Part shown: positions 45,101 through 54,265 of the stretch, piece after piece
Layout of the letters: each line of letters opens with the position of its first letter
How positions within the stretch are numbered: position 1 is the first letter of the stretch
IMG/VR virus record: IMGVR_UViG_3300044708_000053
Coordinates: 604 to 64,603 of that record
Source: a virus
Taxonomy: Duplodnaviria; Caudoviricetes
Reading direction: 5' to 3' (one strand)
DNA length: 64,000 nucleotides
The notes under the pieces: model-generated
Told to the model about the DNA's origin: nothing
Database searches by the model: none
The model's input: only the letters and a program-made list of their open reading frames with translations
Made by a program: the position numbers and the translations under genes

Positions 45101-46839
45101 TCGCTCGTAGTCAAGCCAAAGCCCAGGAGAATTCTTCCCTGTAAGAGATCTGGTCCAGTTTTCCACGGAGTTACATCAAGTAGCGGAATTGAGGTATCGC
45201 CAATAGCTGTGGCAGTTCTCAATCGTGTTGAGTCAGAAGGATGTTCAGAGCGGATCTCGTAGCGGCCAAATTTATTCACCCGCATGTAGAGTTTCGCCGC
45301 TGGGAAGAGAGTTTTATAGAGCAGGTCCACCGCTGGCACGGTATCGGTGATCGGGAAATTTGCAGTGTAACGTTTCCTCAGCGGCTTCTGACTAATGAAC
45401 GTTGGATCGTTCGGATCAGACGGATCAGGTAGCGGATCGGACGGATCGATGCCGACATATGGACCATCTTCCAACTCAGGGACGATTGAACCATCGCCCA
45501 AATCGTTGAAGAGAATCAACCGCGAGTTAATAATCCCGGTTGGCAAATAACGAGTGAAGGCCGAGCCTGCCTGATTGATGTCCGGCCCGGCAACCGTGAT
45601 TACCTGTGTATTTGTATTGTCGACGAGTGGGAAATCGCAATGTTTCGCGGTCTCGACTAACACATCATCTTGCATGAATGCGGGATTGATATTGACCCAT
45701 TTCGGAGCAGTAAGGATGAACCTCGCAATATGAACCGGATTGTCCGTCCAGCCTTCGATAGTGTACTCGTTAGAACCATCAGGAAGCGGAACGATGCGCC
45801 CGCGAATGATCGCCGTGACTGTGACTGGTCCGTCTTCCGTACCTACTGCGGCCTCAGGATCCGGGGCGAGTGAAGCGCCATCGATGTATGCCAGGTGAGA
45901 GAATAGTAATCCCGCGCCGATATCAGGTTGACAAATATTACCCGTGTTTGTGCCTGTGCCGCCGGCGTCACCGAGATGGATGCCTGGCGGTGCACCGAGG
46001 AAGTTACATTCAGGATCAGACCAGCCTTCATTTCTGGTCTTGATGTTATCCATACTCGCGATCGGCCCTTTGCACGCCGCCATGAGGAAGCCGATATGCG
46101 ATCCCTTATCAGCCCACGCGATCGGAATAAGTTGCATCTGACAGCGCCCAAAAACTTCCGGGATGACCTGACCCAAAGGAGTCGCGTCGATACTTGACCA
46201 TTGCAGGGTTTTGTAAACCGTCTGATGGCGTCCAAAGAGCCGGCCAAAGAATGAGGTAGAAGGCTGTACCTGTGGAAAAGTGTTGGAGCCCTGAATAGCG
46301 TTAAAGGGAATACCTTCGAAGAGTGGATCACTTGGCAGGCGTCCATCAGGATCGTCAGCCTGAAACTTATCAGGTGGGACCGTGTTATTGATGTTGCCAA
46401 AGTCCTGATGCGCAGAAAGAGTGAATGATCCTTTGTCGATGTCTGAGGGCTTATCACACTTGCCGACAAATAGAACTAGGGAGTCTGTAGTCACCGAGGG
46501 AGCCACGCAGCGGATGACGAGGAAGAGCCCCTCAATCGGCGTCGTCTGCGCGAACGTAGCAAGATATCGCGAAATATTACTGAAGCTGAGTGTGACACTG
46601 TTTGTCTTCGCGTCCATGCTGCGCGAAATATCACCACGGCCTTTTAACTCTCGTCGGTAGGCAAACCCGTTCCACGTGATTTCTTCTGCCGCAAACTTTT
46701 CAATCGCATCGTTAGGGTCGAAGCCGCCGGGACCGGGAACATAGTCATAATCGTAGATTTCATACAAGTCGACCAGCACAATCGGGTCTACCTGGCCCTT
46801 ATCTAATTCAGCTTGTAGTGCGCTATTGATAGTCTGCAT
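42109..46839 (-). CDS. Tail tip/central fibre (hub) protein, 1576 aa
   Basis: Follows the TMP and Dit-like genes; PEVFGRCQ, IIRGRIV, NPVHIAR, L.EGDVI and LFRGRFHS motifs of gpJ-like hubs. Confidence 0.8.
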   Translation of the reverse strand: MQTINSALQAELDKGQVDPIVLVDLYEIYDYDYVPGPGGFDPNDAIEKFAAEEITWNGFAYRRELKGRGDISRSMDAKTNSVTLSFSNISRYLATFAQTTPIEGLFLVIRCVAPSVTTDSLVLFVGKCDKPSDIDKGSFTLSAHQDFGNINNTVPPDKFQADDPDGRLPSDPLFEGIPFNAIQGSNTFPQVQPSTSFFGRLFGRHQTVYKTLQWSSIDATPLGQVIPEVFGRCQMQLIPIAWADKGSHIGFLMAACKGPIASMDNIKTRNEGWSDPECNFLGAPPGIHLGDAGGTGTNTGNICQPDIGAGLLFSHLAYIDGASLAPDPEAAVGTEDGPVTVTAIIRGRIVPLPDGSNEYTIEGWTDNPVHIARFILTAPKWVNINPAFMQDDVLVETAKHCDFPLVDNTNTQVITVAGPDINQAGSAFTRYLPTGIINSRLILFNDLGDGSIVPELEDGPYVGIDPSDPLPDPSDPNDPTFISQKPLRKRYTANFPITDTVPAVDLLYKTLFPAAKLYMRVNKFGRYEIRSEHPSDSTRLRTATAIGDTSIPLLDVTPWKTGPDLLQGRILLGFGLTTSEVRTPSAAVFSTSGNSITLAASASGGVTATASGGTLTGGSTSVQASGTITIGGTPATGNTITVTINGIAVSYTLDSIDTTGTTAAMLHHYINANQRLNKYIRAIWSAASPTIITIVCLHGALTVPALLKAHTIGINDPTSAPTVAAAGSGSLAAGTYKVAYADVTNSGSTALTALASVVLTANQQINVSSLPALAGVARDFYMSERENSTNLRFITTRTNNSNFSINALPDPGAAIPPSSNTTSEELIRVAMSFATNSQDVFPAWSKLRVTVLNEIYLPTIANGHRYKVTTAGTTGTTEPSWPTSAGGTVVSGTVTFTEDGSTVLQQAGLTRANVVKDSFKWPLGSRQESINQIKGDFRDAKNDFALTPFTYNDKAHQLQVKKVFSEKLDLTAVDSVHQVARVAGWKLSKSREGDWFNSLATGPAGLVLEEGDVICASDDSGGLVNVVTRIEDLRIKPNHDVLVNQARRYSTTMFSDDVGAHRIPLASTLRYVQTKDTLAEFIDTPTPREADLLKRGFYISAGHDLSIDGDWSGWALWADFGDGYTFLTSGDVPASIGVASTTLGTVANIVPLDTTNTVTFSFKYEDPFPSLVTCTEADLVANPYRNLLLIGNEYVQAKTVNRSGANITVSNLFRGRFHSDVEGLVHGASERVVLINGAEKFVEMNPDRVGIPFSYKFVTTNQDIGDATPISFTWTGQSLRAAPPTDLNAMHDSSGDFLISAVGHPTEAQRPESYVARLTRNSTNTFLRNIPIVPGVRQAAILDHIIHAEGGGTWTSTTHATISNNNVIGALNPSAAYVTQPFALGGEINARVTLTPPSGPFLPGNVGLSFGPSDFTDPFGTATGALFDLVGSSTTQTHILVFDWSTNQEAAIDVPTVNGVVFVRIVWSGTEIRWQFSGSPINPAAAPNVILKDIAPTGPTFLRVALTNGGPSGASVAKVENITLGGAQLPQTIYSLLQQENDNSGVGIATGNLRVEMWQVSPLAPNQKGLSVKGVF

Positions 46840-47250
46840 CTAAGGCCGTTTCTCTAACAGGAATTCTCGCGCCTGTATGTCGACTCCTACGTGATTCTTG
46901 CGATACCCTCCCGGTGCTATATGAACATTCGCGTACAGCGTGCCGTTCGTACTGGTCCATGCTTCTCCGAAGATATGTTCGCGGAAGTTAGCGCCGAAAG
47001 CTGAGCCTTCATCTGCGTTGTAGCACATTGATAATGCCCACGCATCGAGGATGGCGGCTTGAGTCGTAGTTAGACCATCGTAGCGAACGATCCACGACTT
47101 CATTCCTGTTCCGCCAGCCTGTAGTTTGTAATCAGCGCCATTGTCGTCATAGATCGTCTTGCCGACTACAAACACTTCCATCTGCGCCTCGTAGAACAGA
47201 GGGATCGGGTAAGCTGAGTTGACTGAAGGGAAGGGGAACTCGCTTGGCAT
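46840..47250 (-). CDS. Distal-tail-like (Dit) protein
   Basis: Size and position directly after the tape measure gene. Confidence 0.55.
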   Translation of the reverse strand: MPSEFPFPSVNSAYPIPLFYEAQMEVFVVGKTIYDDNGADYKLQAGGTGMKSWIVRYDGLTTTQAAILDAWALSMCYNADEGSAFGANFREHIFGEAWTSTNGTLYANVHIAPGGYRKNHVGVDIQAREFLLEKRP

Positions 47251-50200
47251 TATCTGGTAATCTCCTTCACCATCATGTCGCGGATCTTTCCTCCATGATG
47301 CGCGTCGTCTACCACCACGTCTACGATTGATCCCGCATCGCGTATCACCGTCACGGTCATACTCATATTTATTGGAGGTGCTTGCGTGGGTCGATCCAAG
47401 TTCACAGGTTGAGGCTGCGTTGAGCCGGAGCGTTGACTACCAGTGGACCCGCCTGCTCCTGTCCTCGTCCCTGTCCCAGATGTCTGTGGTTTGAACAGAT
47501 CCCCCGCTACTGCTCGTCCAGCCACTGCCGCCACTCCGGCCACTGAGCCATATAGGGCCGCAGCTTGGAAATGCGCCCCAGCAGCGAGTGGGTCGACAAA
47601 GAGCAGGGCAAACCCTTCGGCTAATTCAAAAATGGCTTTAACAGCCGCTTCCGCCGCAAGGTGGGCTAGAATTTGGGCAAGTAGCTTCCGCAATACCGCC
47701 GGACCTGTCGTTCCCAGTAAAACGTAACTCTCAACAATCTGCCCCAGCCCCTGGGCGAGTGTGCCAAATGCCTCTGAGGCAAAGGAAGCGAAGTTCCCGG
47801 TATCCTTACTCATCTGCGCAAAAGCATCAGCGGCAGACTGCGCAAGAGCCTCAAAATTAGCTCGCAGGTTACTAATCGGCTCACCAGCATCTATAGCAGC
47901 CTGCTTTATTCTCTCAAGAATTTCCGCAAACGAATCGCCAAAGAGGGAGCGAGTACTGAGTGGATTTTCACGTTCGAGATCAGCATTACTCTTGTCTGTA
48001 ATTCCCCGTTGACGAGTATCGCTGCGAGACTTCTCTGCATCCTGCTGCGCTTTCAACTCACCGCGCTTAATACGTAGTTTTTCAAGTTCACGAATTAACC
48101 GCTCGTACTGTTCAATCTCCTCTGTTGTGCCGATCTTCAGCCCTTCAAGGTGACGCTCAATAACCCTGATCTGCTCATCCACTTCTCGCTGTTGTGCGCT
48201 GATCGAATCTCTTATCCGCTGGTGTCGCGCTGCTTCATCGGCAAGATCCAAATCACGCTGAGCGCGAATAATGTCCTTCCGCCTGGCGAAGTGCAGGACC
48301 ATGAGACGGATGACTTCTTCCGCTGCATCGCGTTCAATGTCCTGAGTGCGGCGTTTGATCTCAGCTAGATCATCTGCATACTGGCGTTCGTTATCGAGAT
48401 CCTCTTGTCGCTTCTCTTCAATCTCACGATTACCCTCAACCTGGATTGTTTTTCGTTGCTCAGTGAGGATCTTGATCTGATTGTTCAGTTCTGTTTGGAC
48501 ACGGATACGCTCGTCCTTATCCGCGATCGACTTAGACGCAGTGAGCTTTGCTTCTGTAGCCGCAATCTCATCATCAATCAGACCTAATCTAATTTGCAGG
48601 ATCTGCTTAGCCGCATCCTCTTCCGCAATGATCCGAGCCGCTGCGAGACTCTTAATCGAGTCAATCCGCCGCTCACCTGCGATCTGTTCTAACTGTATAA
48701 GCGCTTCGAGATTCGCAATTAGAATCTCACGATTACGCGCGGCTGCTTCCGCTTCGCGCTGGAGTCGTCGATTGCGCTGATCGTCGTCGAGTCGATCTTT
48801 GTCCTGTTGTAGCTTCTGGAGTTGCGCGTCGAGATCCTTCCGCTCCTGCACGGTGAGAAAGCCGATATCTTTCTGCTTCTGCAATGTCTCTAGTTGCGCG
48901 TCGAGCTTCTCATGCTCCAGTTGATCGATTGTCCTAAGTCCGGCCTCTTCCTCCTGTGAACCACGTTTAATCGCCGCCTCAATATCTTTGATCGTGCGAT
49001 CGAATTCTTTGACAAGAATGTCGCCTTCGTTCTGAAGTTGACCGCGGAGAGATTGCGCTCGTTCCTGTGCGGCCTTTGCTCGCAGGGCTCGTGAGGTAAC
49101 TTCGAATTCATTTTCCTTATCGAGTCGCTCCTGCTGAAGCTTGGCGACTTCCTTATTGATGGCGCGGTATTGATCGGTTTCGCGATTAACGATTTCGCCA
49201 CGTTTCTTCGCGGCCTCATCAAGCGCCTGAATCTCTCGCTCTTTTTGAGTTAGTAACGCGTCGATCCTCGCCTTATCGGCTTCCAGAACCTGCTTGTTGC
49301 TCGCAATGATATCCAGTGTTTGATTCTGGCGGTCAACGCGTCCCTTTTGAAAGGATTCATCAAGGGCCTGATTTGTCTGCGCCGCCTTGCGTTTTACTTC
49401 GGCCAGCACGGCTTCCGCAGAAGTCACGGCTTCATTTGAGATTTGCAGTGGCGTAGCCGCGCCGGGCAGTTGTACGGGAGTGATGGCCGGGACTTTGATC
49501 GGTTGAATCTCCGTGGAGCTGGCTTCGGCTACGTCCCTGATAGCTCGGGCAAATTCCACGTAATCCTTTGTGATCGCCGTGATAGCCAGTCGCAGTGCAT
49601 TAAACTGGCTCGTGAGAAACTCTGTTGTTGATCCCGCCAGCGTCCCGAATAATGAAACCAACGGTTTGACCGCGCGGATCAGTCCCTCGGATTCTTTTGC
49701 GAGTTGGACAAAGGCTGGAATTAGATCGCGCGCCAGCCGAGCTTCAAGGTCCTGCATTTGTAGATCGAGCAGGACCAATTCATCGTTAAGAATGTCGGCC
49801 GCGCGAGCGTCGTCTTCAGAGATCAGAATACCAAGTGACTCCAAGCGCTTGATCGTCGCGTCGAGATCCCCGTTTGTTTCTTTGAGAATTGCGAGGACTT
49901 GCTTGCCACCTCTCCCTCCAAATAACTCAGCCGCGGCGTTAGTCTGCGCGAATCCTTCCGGCATCTTTGCCAGCGCGGCGAAGGCGCTTCGTAACGAGGT
50001 CTCTGTATCGGAGGTATCAACTCCTAGTATGCGGAACTTCTCAGCGGTAGTACTTAGCGGATCCTGAGCATCGTCAAGCTTCTGTTGAAAAATAACTACG
50101 GCCTGTGTGACTGACCCTATCTCACCACCAGTAGTTTTCGCGGCGACTTCTAAAGCGCTTAGAGTCTTAACGCTGAGACCTGTCTGCTGGGCCAGATCGT

Positions 50201-50864
50201 ACATCTTGCCCTGAGCCTCCGCCGCTCGTTTGGTTAACTCAAACAGCTCACGAGCGGCGCTTACGGCAACAGCAGCCAATGCCGCAACCGCAATTACCGC
50301 AATCCCTATCGGCCCGGCCATTGAAGCTACCGCTGCTCCGGCAGACCCGGCCTCAGTAGCCAGTGCCGCCATCGAACTGCCCGCGCTTTCCAGTTCCGGA
50401 ATAAACTTCGCGGTCTTGTTACCTATTACATCAACCGAGCCTCCAAAGAACTTAAACGCCGCATCGTTTCGCGCAGTTTGTCCTTCCAGGCGTACAAAAG
50501 TCGATAAAAAGCGCGAGATTTCTGGAGCGGTCTTTCCGCTGGCCTTTGCAATTCCTTCAATCTGATCAGCCAATTTAGCGGTTTGAGGACCACCGCTTTT
50601 CAGTTCTTCCGTAAGCGTGTGCAACTCTCCGGTAATCTTAACAACGGCCCCTCCCACTAAGGGCAATCGCTCTCCCACGAAATCATTCAGACGATCGCCT
50701 AACTCAGCAAAAGATTTATTTGCAACCGTGACGCCCTGATTCAGATCGGTTCCCAGTGACTGCTTTAGCGAAGCCACGGCGGCGCGCGTCTCCGCAATCG
50801 CGGCCTTAGCCTGCACGTTATCCGCGCGTAACTTAAATAGCAGTGAGAGATCTTCGTCAGCCAT
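47250..50864 (-). CDS. Tape measure protein
   Basis: 1204 aa, Ala-rich helical, AAAELFGGRGG motif, long coiled coil; follows the tail chaperones. Confidence 0.92.
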   Translation of the reverse strand: MADEDLSLLFKLRADNVQAKAAIAETRAAVASLKQSLGTDLNQGVTVANKSFAELGDRLNDFVGERLPLVGGAVVKITGELHTLTEELKSGGPQTAKLADQIEGIAKASGKTAPEISRFLSTFVRLEGQTARNDAAFKFFGGSVDVIGNKTAKFIPELESAGSSMAALATEAGSAGAAVASMAGPIGIAVIAVAALAAVAVSAARELFELTKRAAEAQGKMYDLAQQTGLSVKTLSALEVAAKTTGGEIGSVTQAVVIFQQKLDDAQDPLSTTAEKFRILGVDTSDTETSLRSAFAALAKMPEGFAQTNAAAELFGGRGGKQVLAILKETNGDLDATIKRLESLGILISEDDARAADILNDELVLLDLQMQDLEARLARDLIPAFVQLAKESEGLIRAVKPLVSLFGTLAGSTTEFLTSQFNALRLAITAITKDYVEFARAIRDVAEASSTEIQPIKVPAITPVQLPGAATPLQISNEAVTSAEAVLAEVKRKAAQTNQALDESFQKGRVDRQNQTLDIIASNKQVLEADKARIDALLTQKEREIQALDEAAKKRGEIVNRETDQYRAINKEVAKLQQERLDKENEFEVTSRALRAKAAQERAQSLRGQLQNEGDILVKEFDRTIKDIEAAIKRGSQEEEAGLRTIDQLEHEKLDAQLETLQKQKDIGFLTVQERKDLDAQLQKLQQDKDRLDDDQRNRRLQREAEAAARNREILIANLEALIQLEQIAGERRIDSIKSLAAARIIAEEDAAKQILQIRLGLIDDEIAATEAKLTASKSIADKDERIRVQTELNNQIKILTEQRKTIQVEGNREIEEKRQEDLDNERQYADDLAEIKRRTQDIERDAAEEVIRLMVLHFARRKDIIRAQRDLDLADEAARHQRIRDSISAQQREVDEQIRVIERHLEGLKIGTTEEIEQYERLIRELEKLRIKRGELKAQQDAEKSRSDTRQRGITDKSNADLERENPLSTRSLFGDSFAEILERIKQAAIDAGEPISNLRANFEALAQSAADAFAQMSKDTGNFASFASEAFGTLAQGLGQIVESYVLLGTTGPAVLRKLLAQILAHLAAEAAVKAIFELAEGFALLFVDPLAAGAHFQAAALYGSVAGVAAVAGRAVAGDLFKPQTSGTGTRTGAGGSTGSQRSGSTQPQPVNLDRPTQAPPINMSMTVTVIRDAGSIVDVVVDDAHHGGKIRDMMVKEITR

Positions 50865-50867
50865 ATG

Positions 50868-50904
50868 AAATAGAAAAGCCCAGCCTCAACTAAGAAACTG
50901 GACT
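50868..50904 (-). terminator. Terminator-like hairpin directly upstream of the tape measure gene
   Basis: AGTCCAGTTTC/GAGGCTGGGCT 11-bp stem (3 G-U), then TTTCTATTT. Confidence 0.6.
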
Positions 50905-50932
50905 CACTAAAGGAATCACTCCGGTTAAATTG

Positions 50933-51091
50933 TCAGACACCCTTTTGTCGCTGCATCTCAAACACGAGCAGCTTCAGGTACTCAATCGTCAGAATGTTTT
51001 TGTGTTTGCTCGATCCATGTTTTGAGCCGATGTTGATTTCCCCATTTTCAATCTCCAGTATCGGCTTCTCGCAATGCTGGCAAATCAGCAC
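50933..51091 (-). CDS. Small CCHH Zn-binding protein (Com-like), GTG start
   Basis: MLICQHCEKPILEIENGEINIGSKHGSSKH... Confidence 0.55.
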   Translation of the reverse strand: MLICQHCEKPILEIENGEINIGSKHGSSKHKNILTIEYLKLLVFEMQRQKGV

Positions 51092-51095
51092 CGAC

Positions 51096-51392
51096 TTAGA
51101 ATCCCTGATCTCTAAAATTAGCCTGTGTAACGACTTCTCCGGTGTCGCGGAACGGGCTAGCTGTTGTTGTTTGCGTTCCAAGCGATCGACTCAGGGCTCC
51201 CATGCTCATCGCATCCAGTTTCAAGCGCTCCAGATCCGCATCATACAATCGCAACCGCGCTGTACAGGTTAGATCGAAGTCGAGCGCGGTGACATCATCT
51301 CTAATTTGCAGCAGTTGAGATGGTCTCTGTCCGAAGTTCCGACCCGTCAGCGCCAGTTGCAGCAGAATTTCGCCGCTTTCGTCCCTTACGAA
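51096..51392 (-). CDS. Tail assembly chaperone GT extension (no start codon of its own; +1 frame)
   Basis: Hand translation FVRDESGEILLQLALTGRNFGQRPSQLLQIRDDVTALDFDLTC...QGF*, overlapping the end of the G gene. Confidence 0.7.
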   Translation of the reverse strand, partial: FVRDESGEILLQLALTGRNFGQRPSQLLQIRDDVTALDFDLTCTARLRLYDADLERLKLDAMSMGALSRSLGTQTTTASPFRDTGEVVTQANFRDQGF

Positions 51393-51795
51393 ATTTACGC
51401 AAGCCTTCGGTGGCTGGCCCCTCCGGGGGCTTCATGGCCCAGTGGTAGATCTCATTGAAGTCTTCTTTGAGAAAGTACTTCGCGGTGGCTTCATTGAAGG
51501 GCGGACTCACACAAACATCCGCCACCACTTCGCGCATCAGGATGAGCCCGCGCTGCGTGTCCTTCATGCTCAGACTCAGCGAAGACTTCTCCTTGAGTCC
51601 ACCTGCTTCCCACGCCTTGACACCCTCTTCAAGTAGAGATTGGGGCACAAGGCCGAGAATCACGAGCCGCTCCAGATCGGGGCGGCGCAGTTCAAACACC
51701 GCCCCGCTCGAGAGGGTTTTGATCTCAGTAGGGCGTTCCTTGTCAACGTTCTCAGCGTGCGCGATATACTCAGCCGCGCTCATTGGTTTAGTCAT
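51301..51795 (-). CDS. Tail assembly chaperone (gpG-like)
   Basis: Lies between the tail tube and TMP genes; GGAG RBS before the ATG at 51795. Confidence 0.75.
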   Translation of the reverse strand: MTKPMSAAEYIAHAENVDKERPTEIKTLSSGAVFELRRPDLERLVILGLVPQSLLEEGVKAWEAGGLKEKSSLSLSMKDTQRGLILMREVVADVCVSPPFNEATAKYFLKEDFNEIYHWAMKPPEGPATEGLRKFRKGRKRRNSAATGADGSELRTETISTAAN

Positions 51796-51814
51796 TAGCT
51801 TGCTCCTGAAATCC

Positions 51815-52444
51815 TTACGAAGTACCAGACACTTGACGGAAGAAACGTGCGCTTTGATCTCCCGAAGTCCGTGTTGTGATCGCGTATCCATGAATCGCAA
51901 AGGGTGACGCGCCGAGCTTCTTGGAGCTCACCTGTGCGGCCATGCCAAGATCGTTGTAGCCTTTGTAGACATGGAACACGTGCCAGTGCGTCGTATCACC
52001 CTCAACAGGCCAGATGACCGCGAAGGAGCGAAACACAGGCGTTCCCTGCCCGCCCCACGTCAAGCCTTCAGAGCCGCCCACATCGGATCGTGTCGCAGTC
52101 GGATTCATCATTGCCATCACAGCCATGTCGCTGATCTGCAATAATGACCCGCTGATAACGATCTCCTCCGCGGTGATACGGGAAGCAATCGGCGTGGTGA
52201 ATTCGTCGGCAAAGAAGTCCTGTTTAGTCGGTTTTACGGACCACTCCTCCCCGCCCTCAGTCATGCCGAGATGGAGCGCGTTTGGATTCTGAGTTGCGTT
52301 GGGCGTACCGTCAGTGTCGAGCAATAGCCGGACACCAGCAGTCAGATCCCACGGCGCATTAGTTGTGCCGCCCAGATTGCCGTAGAGCTTGCCCGGCCCT
52401 AGTGCAATCCGTGTGCTTAACCAGTTATTTGCTGTGCCAGCCAT
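51815..52444 (-). CDS. Major tail tube protein
   Basis: IALGPGKLY, LGMTEGG, DFFADE; canonical position. Confidence 0.8.
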   Translation of the reverse strand: MAGTANNWLSTRIALGPGKLYGNLGGTTNAPWDLTAGVRLLLDTDGTPNATQNPNALHLGMTEGGEEWSVKPTKQDFFADEFTTPIASRITAEEIVISGSLLQISDMAVMAMMNPTATRSDVGGSEGLTWGGQGTPVFRSFAVIWPVEGDTTHWHVFHVYKGYNDLGMAAQVSSKKLGASPFAIHGYAITTRTSGDQSARFFRQVSGTS

Positions 52445-52458
52445 CGTGTGTTATCTCC

Positions 52459-52953
52459 TTATCGTTCGCGTATGTTGACCGTTACTTCTACTGCTGCCCC
52501 TCTTCCAATGATTGTTTCACTGGTCCGTACCAAGTCGTAAAAATGTTCAAAGTCGAGCACCACCCCGAAAGGGTTGCTCATTCCCGTGAAAAAGTCCGCT
52601 CTCGCATTCTGTAAAACCAAGTGCGCCACCCTCACGTACTTGAATAACTTCTCTGTTACTGCATCAGGACCATCAGCGGTAACGATCATGTAAAGTCGAA
52701 TGCGACAAACCTCAATCTGGTGCGAATTGTCATCTGCCTCCGTGATTGCATTCGTGCGAGGCTCGACTCCACAACAGGGGAATACGTTTCTGAGAGCTGG
52801 TCCAAGTACGAGCTCTTGAAAGTCAAGCAATCGCTCCCCGGGATAGTAATAATCGAGTGCGCCCTTGAAATCCCGCGCCAGAATAGTCTTGCAATTCGCT
52901 ACTACTGGTCCTTCAAAGAACGCCGCCGGCTCGCGCGGATTGGGCACCCACAT
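52459..52953 (-). CDS. Tail terminator-like protein
   Basis: Position immediately before the tube gene; FPCCGV strand pattern. Confidence 0.6.
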   Translation of the reverse strand: MWVPNPREPAAFFEGPVVANCKTILARDFKGALDYYYPGERLLDFQELVLGPALRNVFPCCGVEPRTNAITEADDNSHQIEVCRIRLYMIVTADGPDAVTEKLFKYVRVAHLVLQNARADFFTGMSNPFGVVLDFEHFYDLVRTSETIIGRGAAVEVTVNIRER

Positions 52954-53454
52954 TTAAGCCGCCCTCTCTTCAACCTGAAATCCGGCCTCTCTAACAAAAC
53001 GGACTAAGCCCGCTTGAATCGACTTCTGAATATCGCGCTTGTCACTTTCAGTAAACGAGAAGATCGGGCGAGCGGGTAATCGTCCTCCTCCGCGTTGATG
53101 TGCGCGAGCTTTTGGATCTTGTGTCCCGATGGTTAGTTGATCTGCTTCCGGTCGATAGACTGCGTCGGGAGCTTCAGGATCAGTAAGCGATTCATAAAGA
53201 TGATTCTCAGCTCGAAGGATCGGCTGATTGGGAAAGTGGACTGTTTTCCATTTCGCGTAAGGTGGAGTAAGCGCTTGCCACTTGCCTGCTGCGGTTGAGC
53301 CACCCTCAGTATCGAACACAGTGCCCAGAATGCGATAAATCACACCTGCTACATTGGGCCACAGTGGACGCAGATCGGAGATTTGCTGATCCACGCGATT
53401 GAAAGCGCGATCGAGTACAACTTCTCCTGATACCTCTGCGATAAATCGAATCAA
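52954..53454 (-). CDS. Phage virion morphogenesis (tail completion) protein
   Basis: WQALTPPY, PILR....LYESL, IGT...ARAHQRGG..LPARP. Confidence 0.85.
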   Translation of the reverse strand: MIRFIAEVSGEVVLDRAFNRVDQQISDLRPLWPNVAGVIYRILGTVFDTEGGSTAAGKWQALTPPYAKWKTVHFPNQPILRAENHLYESLTDPEAPDAVYRPEADQLTIGTQDPKARAHQRGGGRLPARPIFSFTESDKRDIQKSIQAGLVRFVREAGFQVEERAA

Positions 53455-54263
53455 ACCAGTACCGCTCCTGTAAATTTATACTTCTCAGCCACCAGCTTCA
53501 CCCGGGGCGGCATTCGCTCTCGTAAGGGCATTCCTTCCAGACTCATCATCTTTATCGAGGCTGGATCGACTTCCTTCACGAGATTGATCACAAACTCAAT
53601 GATCGCGTGTTGCACATCTGCCGGCGTCTCAGGAAAACCCCATACAGCGGTAACTGTGATCGGGACATTTGCATACCAGCCGCCACCAAAGGTCGGATTG
53701 AATGAGTTAATTACCCCGTTCAATGAACGAATCAAATAGCTATCGCTCTCGATGAATTCCTGTGCGGTATAGCCCTCGGGCACGATTAACGTCGTGTCCA
53801 ACGTGCCCGGAACATAAGGCGGGAGACTGAGTAGGTTCGTCCCGTCACCATAGACCGTCTTCGGTGTTGGTGCTACATCCGCTCCAGCCTCAGTGAATTC
53901 TACCGGGCCAATGTCCGGGCCTTCGGTTGTAATGATCACTGTCCCACTGGTAACGGTTGCGCCTGAAGTTGTGGGGAAGGTGGGTTCAGTCGATCCAGAT
54001 GTTCCCTCTTTAGTCACGCGGTAGATATGGCCGTTTCTCATAGTTGGCGTCACGATGTCACCTACGAGGTAATTGTGACCCGCTTCCCAGACCGGATAAT
54101 AGGCAGCTTCGAAATACCCATCCTCAACTCCGCATTCTTTGTCAAAGATGCGCGATGCACGCTCAATCACTTTACGCAATACTTCATCTGTCCAGGCAGT
54201 CGGCTGCGACGTAGCGGTGATCTGAACCGCAACCTCTCTGACTTCTTGTGGAGTGACGTACAT
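53451..54263 (-). CDS. Head-tail adaptor with an inserted carbohydrate-binding-like module
   Basis: MYVTPQEV, IERASRIFD.EC, TAVWGF.ETPADVQHAII. Confidence 0.8.
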   Translation of the reverse strand: MYVTPQEVREVAVQITATSQPTAWTDEVLRKVIERASRIFDKECGVEDGYFEAAYYPVWEAGHNYLVGDIVTPTMRNGHIYRVTKEGTSGSTEPTFPTTSGATVTSGTVIITTEGPDIGPVEFTEAGADVAPTPKTVYGDGTNLLSLPPYVPGTLDTTLIVPEGYTAQEFIESDSYLIRSLNGVINSFNPTFGGGWYANVPITVTAVWGFPETPADVQHAIIEFVINLVKEVDPASIKMMSLEGMPLRERMPPRVKLVAEKYKFTGAVLV

Positions 54264-54265
54264 AA

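Noticed and set aside
35027-46839. Diversity-generating retroelement acting on tail genes
   Set aside because: No reverse transcriptase, and no near-identical template/variable repeat pair differing at adenines was seen.
51796-51900. Track start of the tail chaperone at 51900
   Set aside because: It overlaps the tube gene; the ATG at 51795 has a clear GGAG RBS.
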